From an uncultured Treponemataceae bacterium (GTDB taxonomy: Bacteria > Spirochaetota > Spirochaetia > Treponematales > UBA12059), in the NCBI GenBank assembly GCA_964571545.1, contig CAZNCK010000001.1:8944-65784 (forward strand): 56,841 nucleotides of DNA. The letters run 5' to 3'. This document shows positions 18,852 to 27,561 of this stretch, piece by piece; positions within the stretch are counted from its first letter, which is position 1, and the number at the start of each line of letters is the position of its first letter. Below the pieces are notes generated by a model, which saw only the letters and a program-made list of their open reading frames with translations, searched no databases and was not told the DNA's origin. A program made the translations under genes and the position numbers.

Positions 18852-19577
18852 ATGGAATACGAGTTCGAAGGCCGCACCGAGGAAGAGGCCATCGAGATCG
18901 CCGCCCGGGAGCTGGGCGTTGCCCGCGACGAGTTTGACGTTGAAATCATGGAATCGCAGCGCGGTGGCTTCCTCAAGAAGGGCAAGACGCGGATACGGGT
19001 ACAAGTACGAAGCTCCGTACCTCCGAGTCCTGTGCCCCGGAGGCGGACAGAGAAGCCTGTTGCCGTGGGCGCCGCTCCAGAGCGTAGACCCAGGACTTCT
19101 ACGGATGCCGTAGTGGCTGGCGAATTCGAGGAAAAGCTTCTCGCCTTCGTCAGGATCACCGTGGAGAAGATGGGCTATAGCTGTAAAGCCAGCATTCTGT
19201 TCCGCGAGGAACTGAAGCTGGGCATCAGGCTGGAAAGCGAGAGCGCCGCCATTCTGATTGGCAAGAAGGGCAAGAACCTGGATGCACTCCAGTTGCTTGC
19301 CAACGTGTATGCTGGCCGGTTGGGCAGGGAAGACCTGCGGATTATCTTGGATTCGGAGAATTACCGAATCAGGCGCGAGGAAGCCATCGTCAAGATGGCT
19401 TACGAGGTAGCCGAGCGGGTGCGTAGCACAAGGAATTCGGTGCTCTTGGAGCCGATGAATCCGTTCGAGCGCCGCATCGTGCACACTACGCTCAACGATA
19501 TCGTCGATATCGAGACCAAGAGCGAGGGCGAGGGCCTGTACAAGCAAGTTCGCGTCACTTTCCGTGGACACCGGTAG
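18852..19577 (+). CDS. jag: Jag/KhpB RNA-binding protein (Jag_N, KH, R3H)
   Basis: MEYEFEGRTEEEAIEIAARELGV (Jag_N), IGKKGKNLDALQLL (KH GxxG), LEPMNPFERRIVHTTL (R3H). Follows yidC. Confidence 0.9.
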   Translation: MEYEFEGRTEEEAIEIAARELGVARDEFDVEIMESQRGGFLKKGKTRIRVQVRSSVPPSPVPRRRTEKPVAVGAAPERRPRTSTDAVVAGEFEEKLLAFVRITVEKMGYSCKASILFREELKLGIRLESESAAILIGKKGKNLDALQLLANVYAGRLGREDLRIILDSENYRIRREEAIVKMAYEVAERVRSTRNSVLLEPMNPFERRIVHTTLNDIVDIETKSEGEGLYKQVRVTFRGHR

Positions 19578-19593
19578 AAAAAAACGATGAAAA

Positions 19594-19621
19594 GCGGCCG
19601 CCCAAAAGGGCGGCTTTTTTT
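19594..19621 (+). terminator. Rho-independent terminator after jag
   Basis: GCCGCCC-AAAA-GGGCGGC followed by T7. Confidence 0.8.
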
Positions 19622-19827
19622 GGCCATAGTCAAGGTCTGTCCCTGGCAAAGGGAATATTTATACATACATCAGGTTAACCACAAAAAATATAATTGGTTA
19701 ACAGAAGTTGTCCTTAATTCGCAATTATTATCGGGACTGTCCCTAAAGATTCCTAAAATTCTATAAATTTGAAAGTACCTTTGGAATGGGGTATCGTTTA
19801 TATTCTTATTGCTTTGGAGGAGGCTTC

Positions 19828-20424
19828 ATGACCAAGCGTTTACATATTTTGGTTGTTATGGTTGTGCTTGCCGTGGGGGCTGTGGGGGCTGATGAAGGTT
19901 TTTGGACCGATACCCCCTACGAGAAGTATCCTTCGTCGCTGGGATACTATGTGAACACTTCAGGCGGGGTCGGGCTGTCATGGCAACACTGGTATGGCAG
20001 CCTTGGGTTGGCGTTTGCGGCAGGGGCTATGTACAACGAGGAAGGGGACTATCCCTTCGCGGATACCGGGTACCAGCTGGCCGTCTTGGACTATAGTATC
20101 CAAGCAAGACTGTCGTGGCTGTTGTACGCCGAGGAGTTCTCTCCATGGCTGTCCAGCAACCTACACGCGGTGGCGTACCTGGCGTACCGCGGACTGATCG
20201 GACTGGAAGCAATCGTACCTACAGAGGAAGAGCTAGATGATCCGGCCTATACGGATCACTACAACAAGATGCCCTACGAGTCGAATTTCATGGTCGGTGG
20301 AGGCGTGGCTGTGGAAATGACCGCATTTGAACATTTTTCTCAGACCCTGGATTTCATGTATGTTGCAAAATGGCCGCTCTCTCTGGATCTGGCAGTGGGA
20401 TACAGCCTACGGTACCGGTACTGA
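19828..20424 (+). CDS. Small secreted beta-barrel-like outer membrane protein (paralog 1)
   Basis: Signal peptide MTKRLHILVVMVVLAVGAVGA, alternating aromatic/Gly-rich strands, C-terminal YSLRYRY. RBS GGAGGAGG. Confidence 0.6.
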   Translation: MTKRLHILVVMVVLAVGAVGADEGFWTDTPYEKYPSSLGYYVNTSGGVGLSWQHWYGSLGLAFAAGAMYNEEGDYPFADTGYQLAVLDYSIQARLSWLLYAEEFSPWLSSNLHAVAYLAYRGLIGLEAIVPTEEELDDPAYTDHYNKMPYESNFMVGGGVAVEMTAFEHFSQTLDFMYVAKWPLSLDLAVGYSLRYRY

Positions 20425-20443
20425 GATCATATAGGAGGATACT

Positions 20444-20965
20444 ATGCTTTCAAAGAAACTTGTTATTTTCGCCACTGCGCTGTTTTTTGCGGGTGCTGAA
20501 CTCTGGGCACAGCCTGTCGGGTCTGAATCCGGCGAGGGAACGGTGTTTCAGAACTATCCAAGCGCCCTCGGTGCGTATGGCAATATCATGACCGGCGGCG
20601 GACTGACCTACCAGCGCTGGTTCGGCAAGGCTGGTCTCGAGGCAACGCTCGGCGCCATGGTACAGACCGATGGCAGCTTCGAATATGGTGTGCAGGCTGC
20701 TTTCCAGTACATGCTGTTCGGAGAGGATTTCGCCAAATGGTTCTCCGGCGCGCTGTACACCAACGTACTCCTGGCACATACCGCCGAAGGCTCCAGTACA
20801 GCAGGGGAACCAACATACACACCGTTCGGTCATCTTGGCCTGGGCGTAGGCATCGAGATGGTGTTCCTGCGGCACCTGTCGACGAGCGTGGAGTTCATGT
20901 ATATAGGACGCATCCCCCTCAAGGTGGATTTCAGCGTCGGTGGTAGCCTCAAGTACCGCTTCTAA
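20444..20965 (+). CDS. Small secreted beta-barrel-like outer membrane protein (paralog 2)
   Basis: Signal peptide MLSKKLVIFATALFFAGAELWA, C-terminal GGSLKYRF. Shares YPS.LG.Y.N...GGGL.YQ.W.G..GL....GAM with the upstream gene. Confidence 0.6.
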   Translation: MLSKKLVIFATALFFAGAELWAQPVGSESGEGTVFQNYPSALGAYGNIMTGGGLTYQRWFGKAGLEATLGAMVQTDGSFEYGVQAAFQYMLFGEDFAKWFSGALYTNVLLAHTAEGSSTAGEPTYTPFGHLGLGVGIEMVFLRHLSTSVEFMYIGRIPLKVDFSVGGSLKYRF

Positions 20966-21096
20966 CCTTTCATCACTTCCGTTCCTCATGGATTTTACCG
21001 CATGAGCATGCTAGGATTGTGCGGAACGCCACCGTGAGGGACAGACCCGGATTGATAAAGCCGAGCCGAGCCCCTGGAAACTCAAGAGGAACCCCT

Positions 21097-21636
21097 ATGC
21101 CCTTTACCGTTGCAGGAACATCCCTCAAGGGACTGCTAATAGTCACGCCGCGCGTGTTCTCGGACGAACGCGGTTTCTTCATCGAGACGTACAAGGAATC
21201 GGATTTCATCAAAGCCGGCATCACCGAGCGTTTTGTGCAGGACAACCATTCACGCTCTTCGAAAGGCACGCTACGCGGGCTGCACTTCCAGCGCTCGCCG
21301 CATGCGCAAGGCAAGCTGGTGCGAGCGACGAGGGGCAGACTCTGGGACGTGGCGGTGGACTTAAGGCCGGATTCGGCAACATACCGGCAGTGGCATGGCG
21401 TCGAGTTATCGGAAGCGAATCGGACCATGTTCTATATTCCTGCGGGTTTCGCGCACGGATTCGTAGCGCTGGCGGACGATACCGAGTTGCAGTACAAGTG
21501 CACCGCCGAGTATAACGCCGTGAGTGACGGTGGTGTGCGTTGGGACGACCCGGACCTGGCCATAAGCTGGCCCCTCATGGACGTGCTCGTGTCGGCCAAG
21601 GATGCAGCGCTCCCGTATTTAAAGGAACTCTCATGA
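21097..21636 (+). CDS. rfbC: dTDP-4-dehydrorhamnose 3,5-epimerase
   Basis: LKGLLIVTPRVFSDERGFFIETYK...FVQDNHSRSSKGTLRGLHFQ...GKLVRATRGRLWDVAVD...IPAGFAHGF. Confidence 0.93.
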   Translation: MPFTVAGTSLKGLLIVTPRVFSDERGFFIETYKESDFIKAGITERFVQDNHSRSSKGTLRGLHFQRSPHAQGKLVRATRGRLWDVAVDLRPDSATYRQWHGVELSEANRTMFYIPAGFAHGFVALADDTELQYKCTAEYNAVSDGGVRWDDPDLAISWPLMDVLVSAKDAALPYLKELS

Positions 21637-22502
21637 TCTGGCTCATAGGCAACAAAGGCATGCTCGGTACCGAACTGTCCCTGGTTTTAAAGCAGCGGGG
21701 TCTGTCCCTCGTTGGCACCGACCGCGAGTTGGACATCCTAGACCCTTCCGCCCTCGAAGCGTTCGCGGCAGGCAAGGATATACGATGGGTTATCAACTGC
21801 GCCGCGTACACCGCCGTGGACAAGGCAGAGGATGAGGAAGCCTTCGCGCTCCGCCTCAACGCGGAAGGCCCTGGCAACATAGCCAGGCTCTGCGCCAGGA
21901 TTGGAGCGAGGGTTATCCACATATCCACAGACTACGTGTTTTCTGGCGAAGGCACGTCCCCCTATCTGGAGTCCGACCCCACAGATCCCACCGGCGCTTA
22001 TGGCAGGACTAAGGCTGAAGGGGAGCGGGTTGTTCTGGGCGAGGCTCCTGACGCCATTATCATTCGCACGGCGTGGCTTTACGGCAGATACGGCCCGAAC
22101 TTCGTGGCAACAATGCTCAAGCTTATGGCCGCCAGGGACGAGATAGGCGTGGTTGCCGACCAAAAGGGCACCCCCACCTGGGCCTATGACCTATCCCAAG
22201 CAGTAGCGGACATAACCACGAAGAATAATTTTCCTGCCGGAATTTACCATTTCACCAACGCGGGCGAAACAACGTGGTACGAATTTGCCCTTGAAATTCA
22301 GCGCGTTGGGACAGACCTCGGCCTCCTCACCCGTACTTGCCGTACTAAGGCGCTTTCGACCGCGGAGTACCCCACCAAAACGAAACGGCCCGCGTATTCT
22401 GTGTTGGCCAAGGACAAGATCCTGGCCGCTGGCATTACTGTGCCCGACTGGAAGATGAGCTTACGTGACTTTCTGACTAGCCTGGGGACAGACCTCGCGT
22501 AG
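21633..22502 (+). CDS. rfbD: dTDP-4-dehydrorhamnose reductase
   Basis: MIWLIGNKGMLGTEL...INCAAYTAVDKAE...ISTDYVFSG...YGRTKAEGE; ATGA overlap with rfbC. Confidence 0.92.
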   Translation: MIWLIGNKGMLGTELSLVLKQRGLSLVGTDRELDILDPSALEAFAAGKDIRWVINCAAYTAVDKAEDEEAFALRLNAEGPGNIARLCARIGARVIHISTDYVFSGEGTSPYLESDPTDPTGAYGRTKAEGERVVLGEAPDAIIIRTAWLYGRYGPNFVATMLKLMAARDEIGVVADQKGTPTWAYDLSQAVADITTKNNFPAGIYHFTNAGETTWYEFALEIQRVGTDLGLLTRTCRTKALSTAEYPTKTKRPAYSVLAKDKILAAGITVPDWKMSLRDFLTSLGTDLA

Positions 22503-22819
22503 GTCAAACGATTCATATTGATTTTACCAAATGGCCGTGATACGCTTGTTCGAAGAATGAACACGAAGAGCGTGTCCTTTGGGAACCACTCGACGACAGA
22601 CTTTCAGGGACGATCGGGAGCGTGTTGCGGCCGCCTCGGGATGCTTTGAAACTACAGCTAATCGATTAAAATTCGCCTTATCGCGGCGAAATGAATTCAC
22701 GTGCCCTGGCCGAGCATCTAGCGGGATTAGATGCCTTCACTAGATAGTATTCGTCTTTGAAAAACCTTCAACTCAATATACCCTCATATCCTCCATGATG
22801 CACTAAAACGATAGGAATC

Positions 22820-23428
22820 ATGACAACGCTAGCCATGGACAGGGCTTCAACGCCAACCGACGACGCCGAGCTCGTCATACTTGAAAACATATACTCTTCC
22901 CAGAAGCGGTCCAGGAATGTCACCCAGCGTGACTTGGCCGAGGCGTCGGGTCTGTCCCTCGGGATGACCAACGCCTTGCTCAAGCGCTTTTCGGAGACGG
23001 GATGGGTGCTTCTCAAGCGGCTGAACGCACGCAACATCCAGTACGTGCTGACCCCCGATGGCGTCAACGAGATAGCGCACCGTACCTATCGCTATTTTAA
23101 GCGTACCGCCAGGGCGGCGGGGCTGTACCGGGACATGATCGAGGCCTTCGTCATCACCAAGAAGCGTGCTGGTGCAACTCGTCTGGTGCTTGCCGGTGTT
23201 TCCGATCTGGACTTCCTTATCGAGTATGCCTGCGAGCGGCACGGCTTACTGTTTATCAAATCGGTCGACCCTGCCAAGGCGGAGCGCCTAGGGACAGACC
23301 CCGGCACCGTCATCGTGCATGCCGAGGGCGATTCTCGGCCGGGCAACGATACGGGAAAGGCGTTTCCCGATGAAAGCCTATCACGAGTACTCGTTGGCGT
23401 AGGCCCAATGGGGACAGACCTCAAATGA
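22820..23428 (+). CDS. Winged-helix (MarR/GntR-like) DNA-binding protein with uncharacterised C-terminal domain
   Basis: VTQRDLAEASGLSLGMTNALLKRFSETGWVLLKRLNARNIQYVLTPDGVNEI resembles a wHTH. Embedded between rfbD and manC. Confidence 0.55.
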   Translation: MTTLAMDRASTPTDDAELVILENIYSSQKRSRNVTQRDLAEASGLSLGMTNALLKRFSETGWVLLKRLNARNIQYVLTPDGVNEIAHRTYRYFKRTARAAGLYRDMIEAFVITKKRAGATRLVLAGVSDLDFLIEYACERHGLLFIKSVDPAKAERLGTDPGTVIVHAEGDSRPGNDTGKAFPDESLSRVLVGVGPMGTDLK

Positions 23429-23477
23429 TATACAAATGATATAACCAGACCTCAAATAATATTATTGAAGGATATCA

Positions 23478-24548
23478 ATGACGACCATCATTCTGTGTGG
23501 CGGTTCTGGCACCAGGCTCTGGCCTCTGTCACGTGTTGCTATGCCCAAACAGTTTGCTGCCATAGTGCCCGGCGGATCTTTGTTCGAAGGCGCCGTCAGA
23601 CGCGGACTGGAACTGGGCTCTGATTTTCTCGTGGCGGCTAACGAGGGACAGACCTTGCTGGCTTCAGCCCAGCTTGCGGGCCTCGGGGTCACTAAGTACG
23701 GTTCGCTGGTGGAGCCGATCGGTCGTAACACGGCGCCCGCGATAGCGCTTGCCTGCATGATGCTGCCGCTCGACAAAGTAGTCTTCGTGGCGCCGAGCGA
23801 CCACTTGATTCGTGGACTGCCCGAATACCATGCGGTGATACGTCGGGGGACAGACCTTGCTAAATCAGGCCAGCTCGTCACCTTCGGCATTGCTCCTACC
23901 TATGCCGAAACCGGCTACGGTTACATAGAATCCGATGGCGAGACGGTAGTCTCCTTCAAAGAGAAACCCGATGCGGAAACCGCGGCGCGCTACGTCGCCT
24001 CGGGCCGTTATTCCTGGAATTCCGGCATGTTCTGCTTTCAGGCCGGGGCGTTTCTTTTAGAGTTGAAGAGGCATTCGCCCGACGTATACAACGCCTGCTT
24101 GAGGGCCTACGAGAAGGCGCCGATCAAGGATCCGCTCAAACCGGCCAAGGACGATATGGCGGCCATTCCGTCCATCAGCGTCGACTATGCGGTTATGGAG
24201 AAGAGCACACATGTTTCCTGCGTGCGCTGTCCCCCGGAGATGCTCTGGAGCGACTTAGGCAGCTACGACGCCCTGTACGACGAGCTCTGTCCCCCGTCGA
24301 GCTTCTCTTCGCCAGCCCCTTCGGACACTCCGCTTAGCAACGCCACGGTGGGATCAACTGAACCAGTACTTGTCCAGTCAAACGGCAACCTGGTCATGTC
24401 CTCGGGCAGACGCATCGTCCTCGTCGACGTGCAGGACCTCGTAATAGTGGACACCCCCGACGCCATCCTCGTGGCTCGACGCGGCTCCACCCAGAAGGTC
24501 AAGGACGCCGTGGACGCGCTTAGAGGGACAGACCCCGGACTGCTTTAG
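23478..24548 (+). CDS. manC: Mannose-1-phosphate guanylyltransferase (NTP-transferase, no PMI domain)
   Basis: [24 protein letters not shown]...[14 protein letters not shown]...PSDHLI...[16 protein letters not shown]...[10 protein letters not shown]. Confidence 0.85.
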   Translation: MTTIILCGGSGTRLWPLSRVAMPKQFAAIVPGGSLFEGAVRRGLELGSDFLVAANEGQTLLASAQLAGLGVTKYGSLVEPIGRNTAPAIALACMMLPLDKVVFVAPSDHLIRGLPEYHAVIRRGTDLAKSGQLVTFGIAPTYAETGYGYIESDGETVVSFKEKPDAETAARYVASGRYSWNSGMFCFQAGAFLLELKRHSPDVYNACLRAYEKAPIKDPLKPAKDDMAAIPSISVDYAVMEKSTHVSCVRCPPEMLWSDLGSYDALYDELCPPSSFSSPAPSDTPLSNATVGSTEPVLVQSNGNLVMSSGRRIVLVDVQDLVIVDTPDAILVARRGSTQKVKDAVDALRGTDPGLL

Positions 24549-24571
24549 CAAAACAATCACAAGGAGCTTTC

Positions 24572-25435
24572 ATGAAGGGAATCGTTCTAGCGGGCGGAAC
24601 CGCCACGAGGCTGTTTCCGGCCACGGTGGCCGTGTCTAAGCAGATGCTACCGGTGTACGACAAGCCGATGGTCTACTACCCCATCTCCACGCTCATGCTC
24701 GCGGGCATCAGGGAGATCCTCCTCATATCCACGCCGCGCGACATAGGCGGGTTCAAAGAACTCCTGGGCGACGGCTCAGGCTTCGGACTATCCATCCAGT
24801 ATGCCGTGCAGGACAAGCCGCGCGGCCTGGCCGACGCCTTCATTGTGGGCGAAACGTTCATCGGCAAGGACAAGGTCGCCCTCGTGCTGGGCGACAACGT
24901 CTTCTACGGCCAGAGCTTCACGCAGGTCCTGGAGCGGGCCGCGGCGCGGGCCAGCGGCGCCACAATCTTCGGCTACTACGTCAAGGATCCCAGCTCCTAC
25001 GGCGTCGTCGAGTTCGATACCAACGGAAAGGCCCTTTCTATAGAAGAAAAACCGAAAGTACCCAAGAGTAACTACGCGGTACCTGGCCTCTACTTCTACG
25101 ACAACCACGTGATAGACATCGCAAAGAACGTCAAACCCTCAGGCAGAGGCGAGATCGAAATAACAAGCGTCAACAACGAGTACCTGGCTCGCGGTACTCT
25201 GCAGGTAGAAGTCCTCGGCCGCGGCTTCGCATGGCTGGACACAGGCAATCCCAGCGACCTGTTATCCGCCAGCTCCTACATCGAGGCCATCCAGAACCGC
25301 CAGGGCCTCTATGTCGCCTGCCTCGAGGAAATCGGCTACCACCAGGGCTGGCTGAGCCGTGACGGCCTCCTCGCCGCCGCTGACCTGATGAAGAAGACCG
25401 AGTACGGCGAGTACCTGGCCTACCTGGCAAGGTAA
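24572..25435 (+). CDS. rfbA: Glucose-1-phosphate thymidylyltransferase
   Basis: [53 protein letters not shown]...RGFAWLDTG. Confidence 0.95.
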   Translation: MKGIVLAGGTATRLFPATVAVSKQMLPVYDKPMVYYPISTLMLAGIREILLISTPRDIGGFKELLGDGSGFGLSIQYAVQDKPRGLADAFIVGETFIGKDKVALVLGDNVFYGQSFTQVLERAAARASGATIFGYYVKDPSSYGVVEFDTNGKALSIEEKPKVPKSNYAVPGLYFYDNHVIDIAKNVKPSGRGEIEITSVNNEYLARGTLQVEVLGRGFAWLDTGNPSDLLSASSYIEAIQNRQGLYVACLEEIGYHQGWLSRDGLLAAADLMKKTEYGEYLAYLAR

Positions 25436-25480
25436 TCTCGCAGCGAGGTCTGTCCCCATAATAGCGTGGCCTTGGTGTAT

Positions 25481-25600
25481 GGGCGCATGGCCCGCCTTCA
25501 GGCGGGCCACCGGGCTCTCCGCTCCAACTCCTCGCCATCTCGCTCCGCTCTGCGAGCGACGCTCATCGGCTCCGGGGTTTCCGCTACGATCCCTTGCGCG
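25481..25600 (-). repeat. Structured repeat family, copy 1 (inverted relative to copies at 51077 and 52466)
   Basis: GGGCGCATGGCCCGCCTTCAGGCGGGCC...CGGGCTCTCCGCTCCAACTCCTCGC...GGGGTTTCCGCTACGATCCCTTGCGCG aligns with the reverse complement of 52466-52551. The hairpin arms differ by compensatory changes. Confidence 0.7.
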
Positions 25601-25752
25601 CAGGAGCGCAGACGCCTGATAGTAGAAGTGGGGATGTCGTGATACACCCGTGTATCCAGTTTGATCTATTCTTGCATGCCATTCTGAAGAAACCTGACCG
25701 GGAGCTAACAACGAAAGCATCATCCCAGAACGACATGCGGAACGGCCTCGTG

Positions 25753-26130
25753 ATGAGCGACGATGCCCTGCTTCTCGTGCGTGACGACGAGCGGATCAGT
25801 GCGGTATACCTGCACGGTAGCCAGGCGCGAGGTGAGGCGCGTTCTGACAGCGATGTTGATCTGGGGATACTTCCGGTTGCCGGTGTGACCTTTACCGATT
25901 ACGAGCGGGCTATGCTCGCGAGCAACCTGGGGCTCCTGCTGCACAAGACCGTGGATGTCGGCGAGGTGTCGTCGAGGAACCTGGTCTATGCCAAAGAGGT
26001 CATATACAAGGGCGTTCCGGTATTCGTCAGGGACGAGGGGTACGCGCGGTTGATGGAGATGACGCTCCTGTCGATGTACGCGTCGTTCAACGAGGACCGT
26101 AAAGAGGTTATAGATGCCTGGACCGCATGA
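25753..26130 (+). CDS. mntA: MNT-type nucleotidyltransferase antitoxin (MntA-like)
   Basis: AVYLHGSQARGEARSDSDVDLGIL is the GSxxxG...DxD minimal NTase motif. Overlaps the downstream DUF86 gene. Alternative ATG at 25735. Confidence 0.8.
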   Translation: MSDDALLLVRDDERISAVYLHGSQARGEARSDSDVDLGILPVAGVTFTDYERAMLASNLGLLLHKTVDVGEVSSRNLVYAKEVIYKGVPVFVRDEGYARLMEMTLLSMYASFNEDRKEVIDAWTA

Positions 26131-26545
26131 CGACATCGGGTACAACAAAGCCGCGATCATAGGCCGGTGCATAGCGCGGATACACGAAGAGTACGACGCG
26201 GATCCGGAGTTGCGGAACGTAACGCATGTCGATGCGCTGACGCTCAACATAGAGCGTGCCTGCCAGGCGGCCATCGATCTGGCATTCCACGTCGTATCAA
26301 GCGACAAGCTCGGCCTGCCGCAGACGAGCGGCGACGCATTCCTGCTCCTTGCCCGATCGAAGCTGATCAAGGAATCCACAGCACGGTCCATGGTCGCGAT
26401 GACCGGATTCAGGAACGTAGCGATACACGAGTATCAGGCGATGGATATGAGCATCCTGAAGGCCGTGGCCCAGACGCACTGGATATCCCTCGTGACGTTC
26501 TGCGAAGAGCTGGGGTTTTCAATAAGGAAAGTGTCGGAAAACTGA
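26114..26545 (+). CDS. hepT: HepT (DUF86, HEPN) RNase toxin
   Basis: C-terminal GFRNVAIHEY is the Rx4HxY HEPN motif of DUF86/HepT. 17-nt overlap with the mntA-like gene. Confidence 0.82.
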   Translation: MPGPHDDIGYNKAAIIGRCIARIHEEYDADPELRNVTHVDALTLNIERACQAAIDLAFHVVSSDKLGLPQTSGDAFLLLARSKLIKESTARSMVAMTGFRNVAIHEYQAMDMSILKAVAQTHWISLVTFCEELGFSIRKVSEN

Positions 26546-26608
26546 CAGCATAGCGCATTACTGGAGTTCATCCATAACCCGATGAGTCCCGGATAACAGG
26601 GGGTACTC

Positions 26609-26959
26609 ATGGTACGAGAAGCTGCACGATTGGCGGACCGCTGGAAAAAAAGCAATAGTGAGGCTGAGAAGAGGCGTGATCGCGCTCAGGATTTTGCCAG
26701 GAAACTGGCAGTACAACTTGGGCTTGCCGACCCCGGCGTCAGAGCCATTCTTGGGTTCGGTTCCACATTTGAGCCATGGCGACAGTACCGGCAAGATTCC
26801 GACATAGATCTGGCCCTGTGCGGTGGCGACTGGGGTTTTCTGTGGTCCTTGATTCCACAGAGCGAATTTTTAGTATCACTGATCGAGCTTGATCTGCAAC
26901 CTGTCGCTTTTGCTGAACAAGTCAAGACGCAAGGGGTACTTCTCTATGAAAAACAGTGA
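26609..26959 (+). CDS. Second MNT-type nucleotidyltransferase
   Basis: ILGFGSTFEPWRQYRQDSDIDLAL is a minimal NTase GS...DxD motif. 116 aa. Confidence 0.7.
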   Translation: MVREAARLADRWKKSNSEAEKRRDRAQDFARKLAVQLGLADPGVRAILGFGSTFEPWRQYRQDSDIDLALCGGDWGFLWSLIPQSEFLVSLIELDLQPVAFAEQVKTQGVLLYEKQ

Positions 26960-27449
26960 CGCGGTACGGCAGTTGCGGGCGGAACTGATGCAGGATTATG
27001 ACTTCATAGTCCTTAATGCGGAAAAGAATGCCATCATGACGAAGCGGATTGCCGTTAGCCAGGACCGGGATGAATTTGCTTATGCCGCGCTCGGGTATAC
27101 GCTGCACAATCTATACAACGCCTTCGAGGGGTATTTTTTCCGCATAGCCAAGTTTTTCGAGAATAATAGTACCGACACTACCTGGCACAAAGCGCTTTTG
27201 GAACGAATGACCCTGAATATAGAGGGCATCAGGCCCGCGTTGCTTGACCACTCCATCAGTCTGCGCATTGAAGAGTTGCTTAAATTCCGGCACGTATACC
27301 GGAATATCTATAAAAGCCCCCTCGTTCCCGCGAAGGTAGATTTTACTAATCTGGCAGCGAACAATCTAGCCGCAGACTTCAACGTCCATCATGAACGGTT
27401 CCTGGGATTCTTGCGTAACCTGATCCAGGAGCTGGATGATAATTCTTGA
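26946..27449 (+). CDS. Putative divergent HEPN-like partner of the second MNT
   Basis: Start MKNSDAV overlaps the upstream stop by 14 nt. All-helical-looking 167 aa with C-terminal IRPALLDH and LLKFRHVYRNIY (R/H-rich HEPN-like region). The assignment is tentative. Confidence 0.4.
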   Translation: MKNSDAVRQLRAELMQDYDFIVLNAEKNAIMTKRIAVSQDRDEFAYAALGYTLHNLYNAFEGYFFRIAKFFENNSTDTTWHKALLERMTLNIEGIRPALLDHSISLRIEELLKFRHVYRNIYKSPLVPAKVDFTNLAANNLAADFNVHHERFLGFLRNLIQELDDNS

Positions 27450-27561
27450 GACCAGGTAGCTTGCAAAGATACTAAAAGCGCAAGATTAATTCCCTTGATT
27501 AACAGTCGACAAACAAAGCTTTACGGAATTTCTACTATGGTACACCCAAGAGGTTACGACT

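Noticed and set aside
1203-25457. The abundant motif acting as a Chi or KOPS-type polar sequence
   Set aside because: The window lies on one side of the putative origin, yet the two orientations are almost equal (13 versus 12). Polar sequences should be strongly strand-biased.
25170-25723. ORFs 25170-25538 and 25262-25723 (minus strand) across the rfbA end and the structured repeat
   Set aside because: Their translations are Arg/Gly/Pro-rich. They overlap rfbA antisense and span a non-coding repeat, so they are most likely spurious.
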